Shown one piece after another: positions 9,989-20,013 of a stretch of 35,167 bases of DNA. Position 1 is the first letter of the stretch, and each line of letters opens with the position of its first letter. The notes under the pieces are model-generated. The model was not told the DNA's origin. It saw only the letters and a program-made list of their open reading frames with translations, and did not search any database. The translations under genes and the position numbers were made by a program. This stretch comes from Candidatus Symbiothrix sp. (GTDB lineage Bacteria > Bacteroidota > Bacteroidia > Bacteroidales > Azobacteroidaceae), in the NCBI GenBank assembly GCA_031284765.1, contig JAITXK010000177.1:1-35167 (forward strand), read 5' to 3'.

Positions 9989-11245
9989 ATGTTATACGAA
10001 TTATTCAACTACTTAGATCAATTGGATTTCCCGGGCGCCGGAATGTTTCATTATATTTCGTTCCGTTCGGCGATTGCCTTATTGGTGTCATTGATTTTAT
10101 CTACCGTTATCGGAAAAAAAATTATTGGATCATTGCAGCAACAACAAATCGGCGAAATTGTCCGCGACTTGGGTTTGGAAGGACAAATGCAGAAAAAAGG
10201 AACGCCGACGATGGGGGGAATCATTATCATTATTTCGATTGTGATTCCGGTTTTGTTGTTGGCACGTTTGACCAATATCTATATTATTCTGATGCTGATA
10301 ACTACCGCCTGGCTCGGAACACTTGGATTCATCGACGATTATATTAAAGTAGTGCACAAAAACAAGGATGGTTTATCGGGAAAGTTGAAAATAGTGGCGC
10401 AAGTCGGCTTGGGTTTGATTGTCGGCTTGACATTGTATTTAAGTCCCATGGCTGTGATGCGCGAAAATGTTGAAATACATCGGGGAGGAGAAAAAGTAGA
10501 AACCGTTTATTCGCCTTCGGTCAAATCGACCCAAACGACTATTCCGTTTTTGAAAAACAACAACTTGGATTATCGCGATTTAGTGTCATTCATGCCCCAT
10601 CACCGCACGGCCGCCACTTGGATACTCTTTGTTCTGATTACGATATTCATTGTGACCGCCGTATCCAACGGAGCCAATTTAACCGATGGATTGGACGGCT
10701 TGGCGGCGGGAAGTTCCGCCATCATCGGGGTGGCGTTGGGCATTTTAGCATACGTGTCCTCGCACTTGGAATTTGCCGCCTATTTGAACATCATGTACAT
10801 TCCCGGATGTGAAGAACTGGCGATTTTTGCGAGTGCATTCATCGGCGCATGCGTGGGTTTTTTGTGGTATAATGCCTTTCCCGCTCAGGTTTTCATGGGC
10901 GATACCGGTTCGCTGACTCTGGGCGGAATCATTGCAGTTTTCGCAATCATCATTCACAAAGAACTGTTGTTGCCGATTCTGTGCGGCGTTTTCTTTGTCG
11001 AAAGTTTATCGGTCATGTTGCAAGTTGCCTATTTCAAATGCACAAAGAAACGGACAGGACACGGCAAACGGATTTTTAAGATGACGCCTTTGCATCATCA
11101 TTTTCAAAAGGCGGGCAATATGGGTATGGATGCTCTGATTCAGCGGCCGTTGATGCCTGTTCCCGAATCGAAAATTGTGGTGCGTTTTTGGTTGGTTGGA
11201 ATTATTTTGGCAGTGATTGCGATAGCGACTTTGAAGATGCGATAA
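9989..11245 (+). CDS. mraY: Phospho-MurNAc-pentapeptide transferase
   Basis: [32 protein letters not shown] and PLHHHF motifs; multi-TM. Confidence 0.97.
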   Translation: MLYELFNYLDQLDFPGAGMFHYISFRSAIALLVSLILSTVIGKKIIGSLQQQQIGEIVRDLGLEGQMQKKGTPTMGGIIIIISIVIPVLLLARLTNIYIILMLITTAWLGTLGFIDDYIKVVHKNKDGLSGKLKIVAQVGLGLIVGLTLYLSPMAVMRENVEIHRGGEKVETVYSPSVKSTQTTIPFLKNNNLDYRDLVSFMPHHRTAATWILFVLITIFIVTAVSNGANLTDGLDGLAAGSSAIIGVALGILAYVSSHLEFAAYLNIMYIPGCEELAIFASAFIGACVGFLWYNAFPAQVFMGDTGSLTLGGIIAVFAIIIHKELLLPILCGVFFVESLSVMLQVAYFKCTKKRTGHGKRIFKMTPLHHHFQKAGNMGMDALIQRPLMPVPESKIVVRFWLVGIILAVIAIATLKMR

Positions 11246-11272
11246 AAACAATCATTTTATAAATAAAATAGT

Positions 11273-12676
11273 ATGGCACAATTCATAAATATCTCCCCCA
11301 AAGCAAACCAAGGTCTAAATCTTTTAGACTTTGCTCCCTTGTCACTCCAAAGAATCGTTATTCTCGGCGGCGGAGAAAGTGGCGCCGGCGCCGCCGTCCT
11401 CGCTAAAAAGCAAGGATTCGAGGTTTTCGTGTCCGATTCCGCGGAAATCAAACCGAAATACAAGGCGGTTTTGGCAGAATATGGTATTCTCTATGAGGAA
11501 AAACAACACACGGAAGCGCTGATTTTAAACGCCAACGAAATAATCAAAAGCCCGGGCATCCCCGACAAAGCCGCTATTATTCAAAAGATAAAGGAACAGC
11601 ATATTCCGATTATTTCGGAAATAGAATTTGCGGGAAGATACACCGATGCGAAAATGATTTGCATTACCGGCAGCAATGGCAAAACGACCACCACTTCGCT
11701 TATTTATCATATTCTGAAAAAGGCGGGTTTGAATGTCGGTTTGGCGGGAAATATCGGTGACAGTTTGGCATTGCAGGTGGCGGAAAAAGCGTTCGATTAT
11801 TACGTCATCGAATTAAGCAGTTTTCAACTGGACGGGATGTACGATTTCAAAGCAGATATTGCTGTCTTGCTGAATATCACACCCGACCATTTGGACAGAT
11901 ACAATTACGAAATGCAGAATTACGTCCATTCTAAACTGCGTATTTTGCAGAATCAAACGGCCAACGATGCGTTTATTTATTGGAACGACGACCCGGTTAT
12001 TGCCAAAGAACTCAACAAACGGAAGCCGGAGGTTGCACTTTATCCCTTTGCGGAAAAGGAGGCAGCCGGCGTAAAAGCATACACGAAAGAGAAAACAATT
12101 CGAATAGAAACACCTAATGGTATATTTACAATGGAAGAAGAATTAGTTGCACTAACAGGCAAGCACAATTTATACAACTCGCTGGCTGCGGGCATCGCCG
12201 CTAAATTGTTGGACATCACAGACGAAACGATTCGACACTCGCTCAGCGATTTCAAAGGCGTGGAACATCGTTTGGAAAAAGTAGCCCGCGTGGGTGGCGT
12301 GGAATACATCAACGATTCCAAAGCAACGAATGTCAATTCGTGCTGGTACGCCCTGCAAAGCATGAAAACCCCCACCGTTTTGATACTCGGCGGAACGGAT
12401 AAAGGCAACGACTACCGCGAAATTGAAGCCCTTGTGTTGGAAAAAGTCCGAAGCCTGATTTTCTTAGGAGTTGACAATTCCAAATTACACGCTTTTTTCG
12501 ATGGAAAAGTCGCCAATACAGACGCCCGCTCGATGCAGGAAGCAGTAACCAAAGCGTACGAAACAGCTCAAAAAGGGGAAACCGTCTTGTTATCGCCTTG
12601 TTGCGCCAGCTTCGATTTGTTTGAAAATTACGAAGACCGCGGCCGGCAATTCAAAAAATGTGTGTGTAAACTGTAA
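11273..12676 (+). CDS. murD: UDP-MurNAc-L-Ala--D-Glu ligase with a ~24-aa N-terminal extension
   Basis: ILGGGESG, ITGSNGKTTT, ELSSFQL, PDHLDRY, NDSKATN and LSPCCASFD motifs; start codon uncertain. Confidence 0.95.
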   Translation: MAQFINISPKANQGLNLLDFAPLSLQRIVILGGGESGAGAAVLAKKQGFEVFVSDSAEIKPKYKAVLAEYGILYEEKQHTEALILNANEIIKSPGIPDKAAIIQKIKEQHIPIISEIEFAGRYTDAKMICITGSNGKTTTTSLIYHILKKAGLNVGLAGNIGDSLALQVAEKAFDYYVIELSSFQLDGMYDFKADIAVLLNITPDHLDRYNYEMQNYVHSKLRILQNQTANDAFIYWNDDPVIAKELNKRKPEVALYPFAEKEAAGVKAYTKEKTIRIETPNGIFTMEEELVALTGKHNLYNSLAAGIAAKLLDITDETIRHSLSDFKGVEHRLEKVARVGGVEYINDSKATNVNSCWYALQSMKTPTVLILGGTDKGNDYREIEALVLEKVRSLIFLGVDNSKLHAFFDGKVANTDARSMQEAVTKAYETAQKGETVLLSPCCASFDLFENYEDRGRQFKKCVCKL

Positions 12677-12705
12677 TCCACTTGAATCAATAAATTAGGA
12701 TATGT

Positions 12706-13959
12706 ATGGACTTTTTCAATAAAATATTTCGAGGCGACCGGGTAATCTGGATGATTTTCCTGTTTCTATGTTTGATTTCAATCGTAGAAGTATATAGTGC
12801 ATCCAGCATATTGACCTATAAAACCGATTATTGGAAGCCGATTCTTCGCCACTCCCTGTTTTTGATAGTGGGAATGGGCATCGTTTTGGGCATTCACGCC
12901 ATTCCGCCGAAATTCTTCTCTGTCATCGGCATTCTTCTTCCGATTATGTGGATTTTATTGGTTGTGACGCTGTTTATGGGGCAGATAAACGATTCCAGCC
13001 GGTGGCTCGTTATTGGCGGCGCCAGTTTCCAGCCTTCGGAATTTGCCAAATTGTGCTTGATTGTGTTTGCCGCATTCATGTTAAGCAAGCATAAAGAAGA
13101 TAAGGAAGACCAGCGTTTCAGATGGATAATAATCGCGACAGTCATTACCTGCGCATTGATTTTCAAAGAAAACGGCTCTACGGCAATCCTGTTATTTGTC
13201 GTCATTTATTTGATGATGCTGATCGGACAAATCCCGTGGAAAAAAATGTGGAAATTGACCTTAATCGTATGTTGTATCGGTGGAATATTCACTGCATTTC
13301 TGTTGCTGATACCCATGGAAACCTTGCAAAAGAAACCATACAACATCACTCGTTTTGATACTTGGAAAAGTCGCATCGAAAGTTTTTCGGAGAAAAAAGT
13401 CAGCGTACGAGACCCTGAATTCAAGATTTACAAAGACAAGGGGCAAAATCATAAAGATAATTATCAGGAATCACATTCCAAAATCGCCATTGCCAACGGT
13501 GGTATTGTGGGAAAGATGCCGGGCAACAGCGTAGAAAGGGATTTCCTTCCCCAGGCGTTTTCCGATTTTATATACGCTATCATCATTGAAGAAACCGGAT
13601 TAGCGGGTGGATTTTGCATTTTGTTATTCTACGTGATTCTGTTGATTCGAGCGGGATTTATCGCGAATCGAAGTGAAAAACTGTTCCCTAAATTCGTCGT
13701 CATGGGAGCGGCATTGCTTTTGTTCATCCAGGCGCTGACCAATATGGCGGTGGCCGTTGGTCTGATACCTGTCACCGGACAGACTTTGCCTTTAATCAGT
13801 CGCGGAGGCACATCCATTTGGGTAACTTGTGTGTATTTCGGCATCATCTTGAGCGTAAGCCGTTTCGACAATCCGAAAGGCATCAAACGCGAAGAAGAAA
13901 TTGAAGCGGAATTAATTGAACAGCGAGAAATATCTTTAGCGGAGGGAGGTAATTTATGA
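12706..13959 (+). CDS. ftsW: SEDS peptidoglycan polymerase FtsW
   Basis: FQPSEFAK, FLPQAFSDFIYAII and PVTGQTLPLISRGG motifs; dcw position. Confidence 0.94.
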   Translation: MDFFNKIFRGDRVIWMIFLFLCLISIVEVYSASSILTYKTDYWKPILRHSLFLIVGMGIVLGIHAIPPKFFSVIGILLPIMWILLVVTLFMGQINDSSRWLVIGGASFQPSEFAKLCLIVFAAFMLSKHKEDKEDQRFRWIIIATVITCALIFKENGSTAILLFVVIYLMMLIGQIPWKKMWKLTLIVCCIGGIFTAFLLLIPMETLQKKPYNITRFDTWKSRIESFSEKKVSVRDPEFKIYKDKGQNHKDNYQESHSKIAIANGGIVGKMPGNSVERDFLPQAFSDFIYAIIIEETGLAGGFCILLFYVILLIRAGFIANRSEKLFPKFVVMGAALLLFIQALTNMAVAVGLIPVTGQTLPLISRGGTSIWVTCVYFGIILSVSRFDNPKGIKREEEIEAELIEQREISLAEGGNL

Positions 13960-13989
13960 TGAAAATGCTTGATTTTGCTTGTAATTTTC

Positions 13990-14175
13990 TTAGCAAGTAT
14001 GTCCGGGTTTCTGTTTGGACTTGCTACAGGTTTAGCAAGTCTGTCCGGGCTTCTGTTTGGACTTGCTACAGATTTAGCAAGTCTGTCCGGCTTTCCGTTT
14101 GGACTTGCTGCGGGTTTAGCAAGTCGTTTCTTTTTGTCATTTGGATTTGCTAAACGTTTTGCAAGTCTGTCCGGA
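13990..14175. repeat. Tandem array of 42-bp units (4 full + 1 partial), each with internal inverted motifs TAGCAAGT / ACTTGCTA
   Basis: Units start at 13990, 14032, 14074, 14116 and 14158, e.g. ttagcaagtctgtccgggcttctgtttggacttgctacagat. Confidence 0.92.
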
Positions 14176-14202
14176 TTCACATTCTTAAAAAAACAGTCTA
14201 AA

Positions 14203-16713
14203 ATGAATAAAAACATGCACATAATCATCGGCGGAGGCGGCACAGGCGGCCACATTTTTCCTGCTTTGGCCATAGCAAATGCTTTGAAAGCCAAACATCC
14301 TGATGCAGAAATTCTATTTGTAGGTGCAGAAAACCGCATGGAAATGGAACGTGTCCCAGCCGCGGGCTACAAAATTATCGGCCTGCCGGTGGCCGGATTC
14401 GACCGGAAAAAGCGATTGAAAAACATCGCCGTGCTTTGGAAACTGTATCAAAGCCTGCGTATGGCGCGGAAAATCATTCGTGATTTTCAACCCGATATCG
14501 CCATCGGTGTCGGCGGTTATGCCAGCGGCCCCATCCTGAAAGCGGCTGCACAAAAAGGCATCCCGACCCTTTTGCAGGAACAAAATTCGTATGCAGGCGT
14601 GACCAATAAACTGTTGGCACGAAAAGCCCGGAAAATCTGTGTGGCTTACGACGGAATGGAGCACTTTTTCCCGAAAGACAAAATTGTTCTGACCGGAAAC
14701 CCCGTTCGTCAGGATTTGGTGATTACAAAAGAAAAGAAACAGGAAGCCTATTCCCATTTTGGATTGAATCCGGCAAAGAAAACCATCGTTGTGATTGGCG
14801 GCAGTTTGGGCGCCCGGACACTGAATGAAAGCATGATGGCGTCCTTGCAAATCCTCTGTGAAAGCGAGGTACAATGGCTGTGGCAATCGGGAGCATATTA
14901 TTATCAAACCTCAAAGGCGGCATTGGAAAACTATCCGGATGCACCGGTAACGTTAACGGAATTCATTTCCCGCATGGATTTAGCCTATTCCGTCGCCGAT
15001 TTGGTGATTTCCCGCGCGGGCGCAGGTTCTATTTCCGAATTTTGCCTGTTAGGCAAAGCGGTTATCTTGGTGCCGTCGCCCAATGTGGCGGAAGACCATC
15101 AGACCAAAAACGCTCTATCGTTGGTGAAAAAGGGGGCTGCCCTTCTGGTTGCCGATAAAGATGCCGTTCAGCAACTAATCCCCCAGGCATTGCAAACGAT
15201 TCGCAACGATGCACAATTAAAACAGTTGAGCGATACGATTCTGAAATTGGCATTGCCCGATTCGGCGGATAAAATCGTTGACGAAATAGACCGCATTTGT
15301 CATTTCACCTCCTCCCGTAAAGACGATTCGAAGCCGAACCTGTATTTCATTGGCGCCGGCGGCATCGGCATGAGCAACCTCATCCGCTATTTTCTCGCCA
15401 ACGGCAAAAAGGTAGCCGGATACGACAAAGTGGAATCAACGCTTACCCAACAACTGAATACGGAAGGCGCACCCATCCATTACGAAGATAGCATAGACTT
15501 GATTCCCGAAATCTTCAAAGACCCGGCAAGCACCTTGGTCGTCTATACGCCCGCCGTCCCTTCCGACCTCGCGGAGTTGGATTTCTTTCGTAAAAACGGC
15601 TTTGAGTGGATGAAACGCGCACAGGTGTTGGGCGAAATCACGAAAACCAAACGCGGTCTTTGCATTGCGGGAACGCACGGCAAAACCACCACGTCCTCAA
15701 TGATTGCACATCTTTTAAAACAATCTCCTGTCGATTGCAATGCCTTCTTGGGCGGCATTCTGAAGAATTACGACAGCAACCTGTTATTATCCAATACAAG
15801 TGATTTAACCGTTATTGAAGCCGACGAATACGACCGTTCTTTCCATTGGCTCACGCCGTATATGGCGGTCATCACGTCCGTTGCTCCCGATCATTTGGAT
15901 ATTTACGGCACGGAAGAGGAATATCGCAAAGCATTTATTCATTTTGCGTCTTTGGTGCGCGCGGGCGGTACGCTGTTGATGGAGGCAAAAGTGGATATTG
16001 TTCCGCCAATGCAGAAAGATGTCCGGCTGTATCGCTATGCAGGAAATCAGCAAGGCAATGCCGATTTTCAGGCCCGGAATATCCGCATCGGCGAGGGTGA
16101 AATCTTTTTCGACTTTGTGGCGCCGGACGGCATTGTGAACGATATTCAATTGGGTGTTCCGGTGGAAATCAATATTGTCAATGCGGTCGCCGCATTGGCC
16201 ATCGCCCGCTTGAACGGCGTTTCCGATGATGCATTGCGGGCAGGAATGGCATCCTTCCGCGGAGCCAAACGTCGTTTCGATTTTCACATCAAGACCACTG
16301 AACTGGTTTTGATTGACGATTACGCCCATCACCCCGAAGAATTGGAAGCCTCCATTTCATCGGTACGCAAATTGTATCCCGGCCGCAAATTGACGGTCGT
16401 TTTCCAACCGCATTTATATTCGCGAACGAACGATTTCTACCGGGAATTTGCCCAATCGCTTTCGCTGGCGGACGAAGTAATATTGATTCCCATTTATCCT
16501 GCAAGGGAATTGCCCCTGCCGGGCGTTTCATCGCAAATGATTCTGGATTTGGTAACCGCTCCCCAAAAACACTTGGTAAACTACAATGAATTGATCGAGT
16601 TCGTAAGCCAAACAGAGGTCGAGGTGTTATTAATTGCAGGAGCCGGAGATATTGAATTATTGGTTAAACCCATTAAAAACAAACTGCTATGTGGAAGGAA
16701 ATCCTACAAATAA
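14203..16713 (+). CDS. murG-murC: MurG-MurC fusion protein (836 aa from ATG 14203)
   Basis: MurG motifs (GGGTGGHIFP, EQNS, GNPVR, GGSLGA, SRAGA, HQTKNA) continue without a stop through TSSRKDDSKP into MurC motifs (FIGAGGIGMS, GTHGKTTT, EADEYD, DDYAHHP, FQPHLYSRT). Confidence 0.93.
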   Translation: MNKNMHIIIGGGGTGGHIFPALAIANALKAKHPDAEILFVGAENRMEMERVPAAGYKIIGLPVAGFDRKKRLKNIAVLWKLYQSLRMARKIIRDFQPDIAIGVGGYASGPILKAAAQKGIPTLLQEQNSYAGVTNKLLARKARKICVAYDGMEHFFPKDKIVLTGNPVRQDLVITKEKKQEAYSHFGLNPAKKTIVVIGGSLGARTLNESMMASLQILCESEVQWLWQSGAYYYQTSKAALENYPDAPVTLTEFISRMDLAYSVADLVISRAGAGSISEFCLLGKAVILVPSPNVAEDHQTKNALSLVKKGAALLVADKDAVQQLIPQALQTIRNDAQLKQLSDTILKLALPDSADKIVDEIDRICHFTSSRKDDSKPNLYFIGAGGIGMSNLIRYFLANGKKVAGYDKVESTLTQQLNTEGAPIHYEDSIDLIPEIFKDPASTLVVYTPAVPSDLAELDFFRKNGFEWMKRAQVLGEITKTKRGLCIAGTHGKTTTSSMIAHLLKQSPVDCNAFLGGILKNYDSNLLLSNTSDLTVIEADEYDRSFHWLTPYMAVITSVAPDHLDIYGTEEEYRKAFIHFASLVRAGGTLLMEAKVDIVPPMQKDVRLYRYAGNQQGNADFQARNIRIGEGEIFFDFVAPDGIVNDIQLGVPVEINIVNAVAALAIARLNGVSDDALRAGMASFRGAKRRFDFHIKTTELVLIDDYAHHPEELEASISSVRKLYPGRKLTVVFQPHLYSRTNDFYREFAQSLSLADEVILIPIYPARELPLPGVSSQMILDLVTAPQKHLVNYNELIEFVSQTEVEVLLIAGAGDIELLVKPIKNKLLCGRKSYK

Positions 16714-17429
16714 TCACGGCTTTGTTGCTGTTGATTTATCTCGGTTTTGCCGTTGCGTTTATTAATCCGAAGGCAGATACCGATAATGTGTGTACGCAAA
16801 TGCAAATCGAAGTGATTAACAATCGCAGCGCGTCGTATTTGACCGAAGCACAGGTTCTCTCGTGGATGAATCAGGCCGGTGTCAATCCGACAGGCAAGAA
16901 GATGTCGTCCATCCGGGTTGAAGCCATCGAAAAGGCTTTGAAGAAAAGTAAATTAGTCAAAAAGGCTGAAACCTACAAAACGATTGACGGAAGCATAAAA
17001 ATCAAAATCTATCAACGTTTTCCCATTTTACGGGTGATTTCCAGCCAGGGGCGTAATTATTATGTGGACGACGAAGGCAAAATCATGCCGGTTCCTTTTC
17101 AATTTGCCGCTTATGTACCTTTGGCAACGGGAAATATCAGCGAAGCATACGCCCAAAAGCAATTGTACGACTTTGTGGTGTTTCTGCACAAACATCCATC
17201 CTGGAACGAAGACATCGAACAAATTCACGTATTGCCGAATTTGGATGTGGAATTGATACCCAACAAAGGCAATCACATCATCCTGTTGGGGAAACTGGAG
17301 CAATTCAAAGAAAATTTGGATAAACTGGAACTTTTCTACCATAAAGTATTGAATAAAACAGGTTGGAACCGGTATTCGGTCATCAACTTAAAATATAAAA
17401 ATCAAGTGGTTTGCACTAAAAGAGAATAA
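16689..17429 (+). CDS. ftsQ: Cell division protein FtsQ
   Basis: N-terminal TM helix, POTRA-like region, C-terminal INLKYKNQVVC; lies between murC and ftsA. Confidence 0.87.
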   Translation: MWKEILQIITALLLLIYLGFAVAFINPKADTDNVCTQMQIEVINNRSASYLTEAQVLSWMNQAGVNPTGKKMSSIRVEAIEKALKKSKLVKKAETYKTIDGSIKIKIYQRFPILRVISSQGRNYYVDDEGKIMPVPFQFAAYVPLATGNISEAYAQKQLYDFVVFLHKHPSWNEDIEQIHVLPNLDVELIPNKGNHIILLGKLEQFKENLDKLELFYHKVLNKTGWNRYSVINLKYKNQVVCTKRE

Positions 17430-17432
17430 AAT

Positions 17433-18707
17433 ATGGAATATATTGCAGTATTGGATTTGGGGTCTTCCAAAATGAAGGCCATGGTGGCACGGAAAGACAA
17501 CCGGCAAGAGCTTTTGGCTTCTGTCCAAACGGTGTCGGGAAACGGTATCCGCAGGGGGCTGGTGTATAACAGCGAAGAAGCCGCCGGTAAAATAGTTGCC
17601 ATCATTCAGGAATTGAATAAACGGTTGAAGGTTGGCATTAAACAAGTCTATGTAGGAATCGGAGGACAGGGTTTGCACAGCCAAGCCTGTTCAATCCAAA
17701 AAGCGATTGATGGAGCAGAAATCGACCAATTTACAATCAATGATATTGACGGCGAATGTCAAGAAAATCTGAATGTTGCGATGGAAATCATTGACATCGT
17801 TTCGCCCGAATATTATCTCGACGGTGTGTTGGAAGCCAATCCGGAGGGCATTGCCTGCGAAACGATTGAAGCCAAATACCAGGCGATAGCAGGACATTCG
17901 TTCAAATTTCAGAGCGAAGTGGAAAAAGCGCTCCAAAGAATCAACGTGAAAGTTGCCGGTTATCTGGTCGCTCCCATAGCCACCGCATCGGCCGTATTGA
18001 CGGACAAAGAACGGAAGGCAGGCTGCGCCTTAGTCGAAATCGGCGCCGAAATCACCTCTCTTTCCATTTACAAAGACGGATTGTTGCGCTACCTGAGAAC
18101 CATTCCCCTGGGCAGTGGGTCGATAACCAAAGACCTCATTGATGCAGATAAAACCGAAGCCGAAGCCGAAGAATGGAAGTTGAACGAAGGCAACGCCTTT
18201 CCCGAAGAAAAGGAAGAAGACATCTATCGCATCGTTCCGGCGCGGGCAAAGGAAATCATCGACAACATCTGCAAACAAATCGACGAATCGGGCTATAAAA
18301 AAGAAACGCTGGGCGCAGGAATCGTGCTGACAGGCGGCGGTTCGTTATTGAAGAATATCGACCAGTTGCTGACGCAGGAATCGAAACAAACGGTACGCAA
18401 AGTGGAAAATCCGGCACAATCGTGTGCCATGGGCTTGTTGAAATTGGGAAAAGAGAACTGCTCATTGCCGGAACCGGTCAAAATAGAACCGCCAACCGTT
18501 GCACCACAAGACGAAGAGGGTGATTACGATCTTTTCGGCGGTTTTTTCAGAAAACCGAAAAAGAAAAAAACAAAACCAAAAGAAAACAAGCCTCAACCGC
18601 AGGTGCCTGTTCCAAATCCGAAGGAAACGACGTCTTCGGCTTCGGCTCCGGCTCAAAAATCGGTATTAGATAAAATTGTAAAGGGCTTGTTTGAGGACCA
18701 AGAATAA
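17433..18707 (+). CDS. ftsA: Cell division protein FtsA
   Basis: LDLGSSK, GIRRGLV, VEIGAEIT and IVLTGGGS actin-fold motifs; low-complexity linker and C-terminal amphipathic helix. Confidence 0.9.
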   Translation: MEYIAVLDLGSSKMKAMVARKDNRQELLASVQTVSGNGIRRGLVYNSEEAAGKIVAIIQELNKRLKVGIKQVYVGIGGQGLHSQACSIQKAIDGAEIDQFTINDIDGECQENLNVAMEIIDIVSPEYYLDGVLEANPEGIACETIEAKYQAIAGHSFKFQSEVEKALQRINVKVAGYLVAPIATASAVLTDKERKAGCALVEIGAEITSLSIYKDGLLRYLRTIPLGSGSITKDLIDADKTEAEAEEWKLNEGNAFPEEKEEDIYRIVPARAKEIIDNICKQIDESGYKKETLGAGIVLTGGGSLLKNIDQLLTQESKQTVRKVENPAQSCAMGLLKLGKENCSLPEPVKIEPPTVAPQDEEGDYDLFGGFFRKPKKKKTKPKENKPQPQVPVPNPKETTSSASAPAQKSVLDKIVKGLFEDQE

Positions 18708-18737
18708 AAATAAAACAACAATAAGCAAATAAACAGC

Positions 18738-19985
18738 ATGGAATCAATATTAACAGGATTCGATTTCCCGAGAACGCAACCCTCCATCATCAAAGTGATA
18801 GGTGTAGGCGGCGGCGGCGGCAATGCCGTAACGCACATGTACAAAGAAGGCATTCAGGATGTGAACTTTGTGTTGTGCAACACCGATAATCAGGCATTAC
18901 TCAATAGCGGCGTGCCCGCCGTATTGCAATTAGGCAGAACGATTACCGAAGGACTGGGTGCCGGCGGAAGGCCGGAAGTTGCCAAACAAGCGGCCGAAGA
19001 AAGCATCCCCGACATCAAAAGAATGTTGGAAGACGGCACGAAAATGGTCTTCGTAACGGCCGGAATGGGTGGAGGTACCGGCACCGGCGCCGCTCCCACG
19101 ATTGCAAAGGTGGCCAAAGACATGGGCATCCTCACGGTTGGCATCGTGACGATTCCTTTCGTGTTTGAACGGAAATTCAAAATCATTCAAGCCCTGCGGG
19201 GAGTGAGGGAAATCCGCCGGAATGTCGATGCCTTATTAATCATCAACAACGAAAAGTTGCGGGAAGTATATGCCGACCTTACCGTATTGAATGCCTTCAA
19301 AAAGGCCGATGACAACTTGACTATCGCCGCCAAAAGCATCGCCGAAATCATCACCATTCCGGGCTATGTGAACTTGGACTTCAACGATGTAAAAACCATC
19401 CTGAAAGACGGCGGAGTAGCCATCATGAGCAGCGGATTTGCTTCCGGAGCCGGCCGTTTGGCCAAGGCTTTCGACAGCGCCCTGCATTCGCCCTTACTCA
19501 ACAACAACGATGTATTCAAAGCCAAAAAAATCCTTTTCAATGTCTATTCCGGTTCGCAAGCGCCGCTGATGATGGACGAAATGGACGAAATTGATACATT
19601 CATGGACAAATTTGTCACCAAAGACATTGAAGTTATCCACGGTTTGGCGGTGGACGAAGCATTGGGGGAAGATGTAAAAGTCATCATTTTAGCCACCGGC
19701 TTCGATGTCGAAAACATTCCGTTCATGTCGGAAGTTACGCCGGAAGAAGAAGAACGTCAAATGGAAGAAAACGCGCAGGATGTGAAGGATATCCAAGATA
19801 ATTACGGCGGCACAAAAGCCATCCAGATATTGACCGATGTACGTTCCCCTTCGCAACCCTTCCTCTTTCCTTCCCTGGAATGTCTGGATGAAAATTCGAT
19901 TATTGAGGCTTTGCTTAGTCAGCCGGCATATAAGCGAGATCTTTCGCAGATGCGGGAACTGGTGAAAAAATGCTTATCTTTGTAA
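18738..19985 (+). CDS. ftsZ: Cell division protein FtsZ
   Basis: GVGGGGGNAV, GMGGGTGTG tubulin signature, NLDFNDV and C-terminal PAYKR. Confidence 0.98.
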   Translation: MESILTGFDFPRTQPSIIKVIGVGGGGGNAVTHMYKEGIQDVNFVLCNTDNQALLNSGVPAVLQLGRTITEGLGAGGRPEVAKQAAEESIPDIKRMLEDGTKMVFVTAGMGGGTGTGAAPTIAKVAKDMGILTVGIVTIPFVFERKFKIIQALRGVREIRRNVDALLIINNEKLREVYADLTVLNAFKKADDNLTIAAKSIAEIITIPGYVNLDFNDVKTILKDGGVAIMSSGFASGAGRLAKAFDSALHSPLLNNNDVFKAKKILFNVYSGSQAPLMMDEMDEIDTFMDKFVTKDIEVIHGLAVDEALGEDVKVIILATGFDVENIPFMSEVTPEEEERQMEENAQDVKDIQDNYGGTKAIQILTDVRSPSQPFLFPSLECLDENSIIEALLSQPAYKRDLSQMRELVKKCLSL

Positions 19986-20013
19986 ATCGAATCAGTTGCA
20001 AAATAAAAATCGT

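Noticed and set aside
13990-14175. CRISPR array interpretation of the 42-bp repeats
   Set aside because: The segments between palindromes are ~17 bp and nearly identical rather than unique spacers; no cas genes in the window.
13629-14339. 236-aa - strand ORF with DRLAKPVASPN repeats
   Set aside because: Antisense to ftsW and murG; its length is explained by the stop-free tandem repeat.
4767-19985. murF, murB and ddl missing from the dcw cluster
   Set aside because: This is the usual Bacteroidetes arrangement as far as I know; ddl is present 2 kb away.
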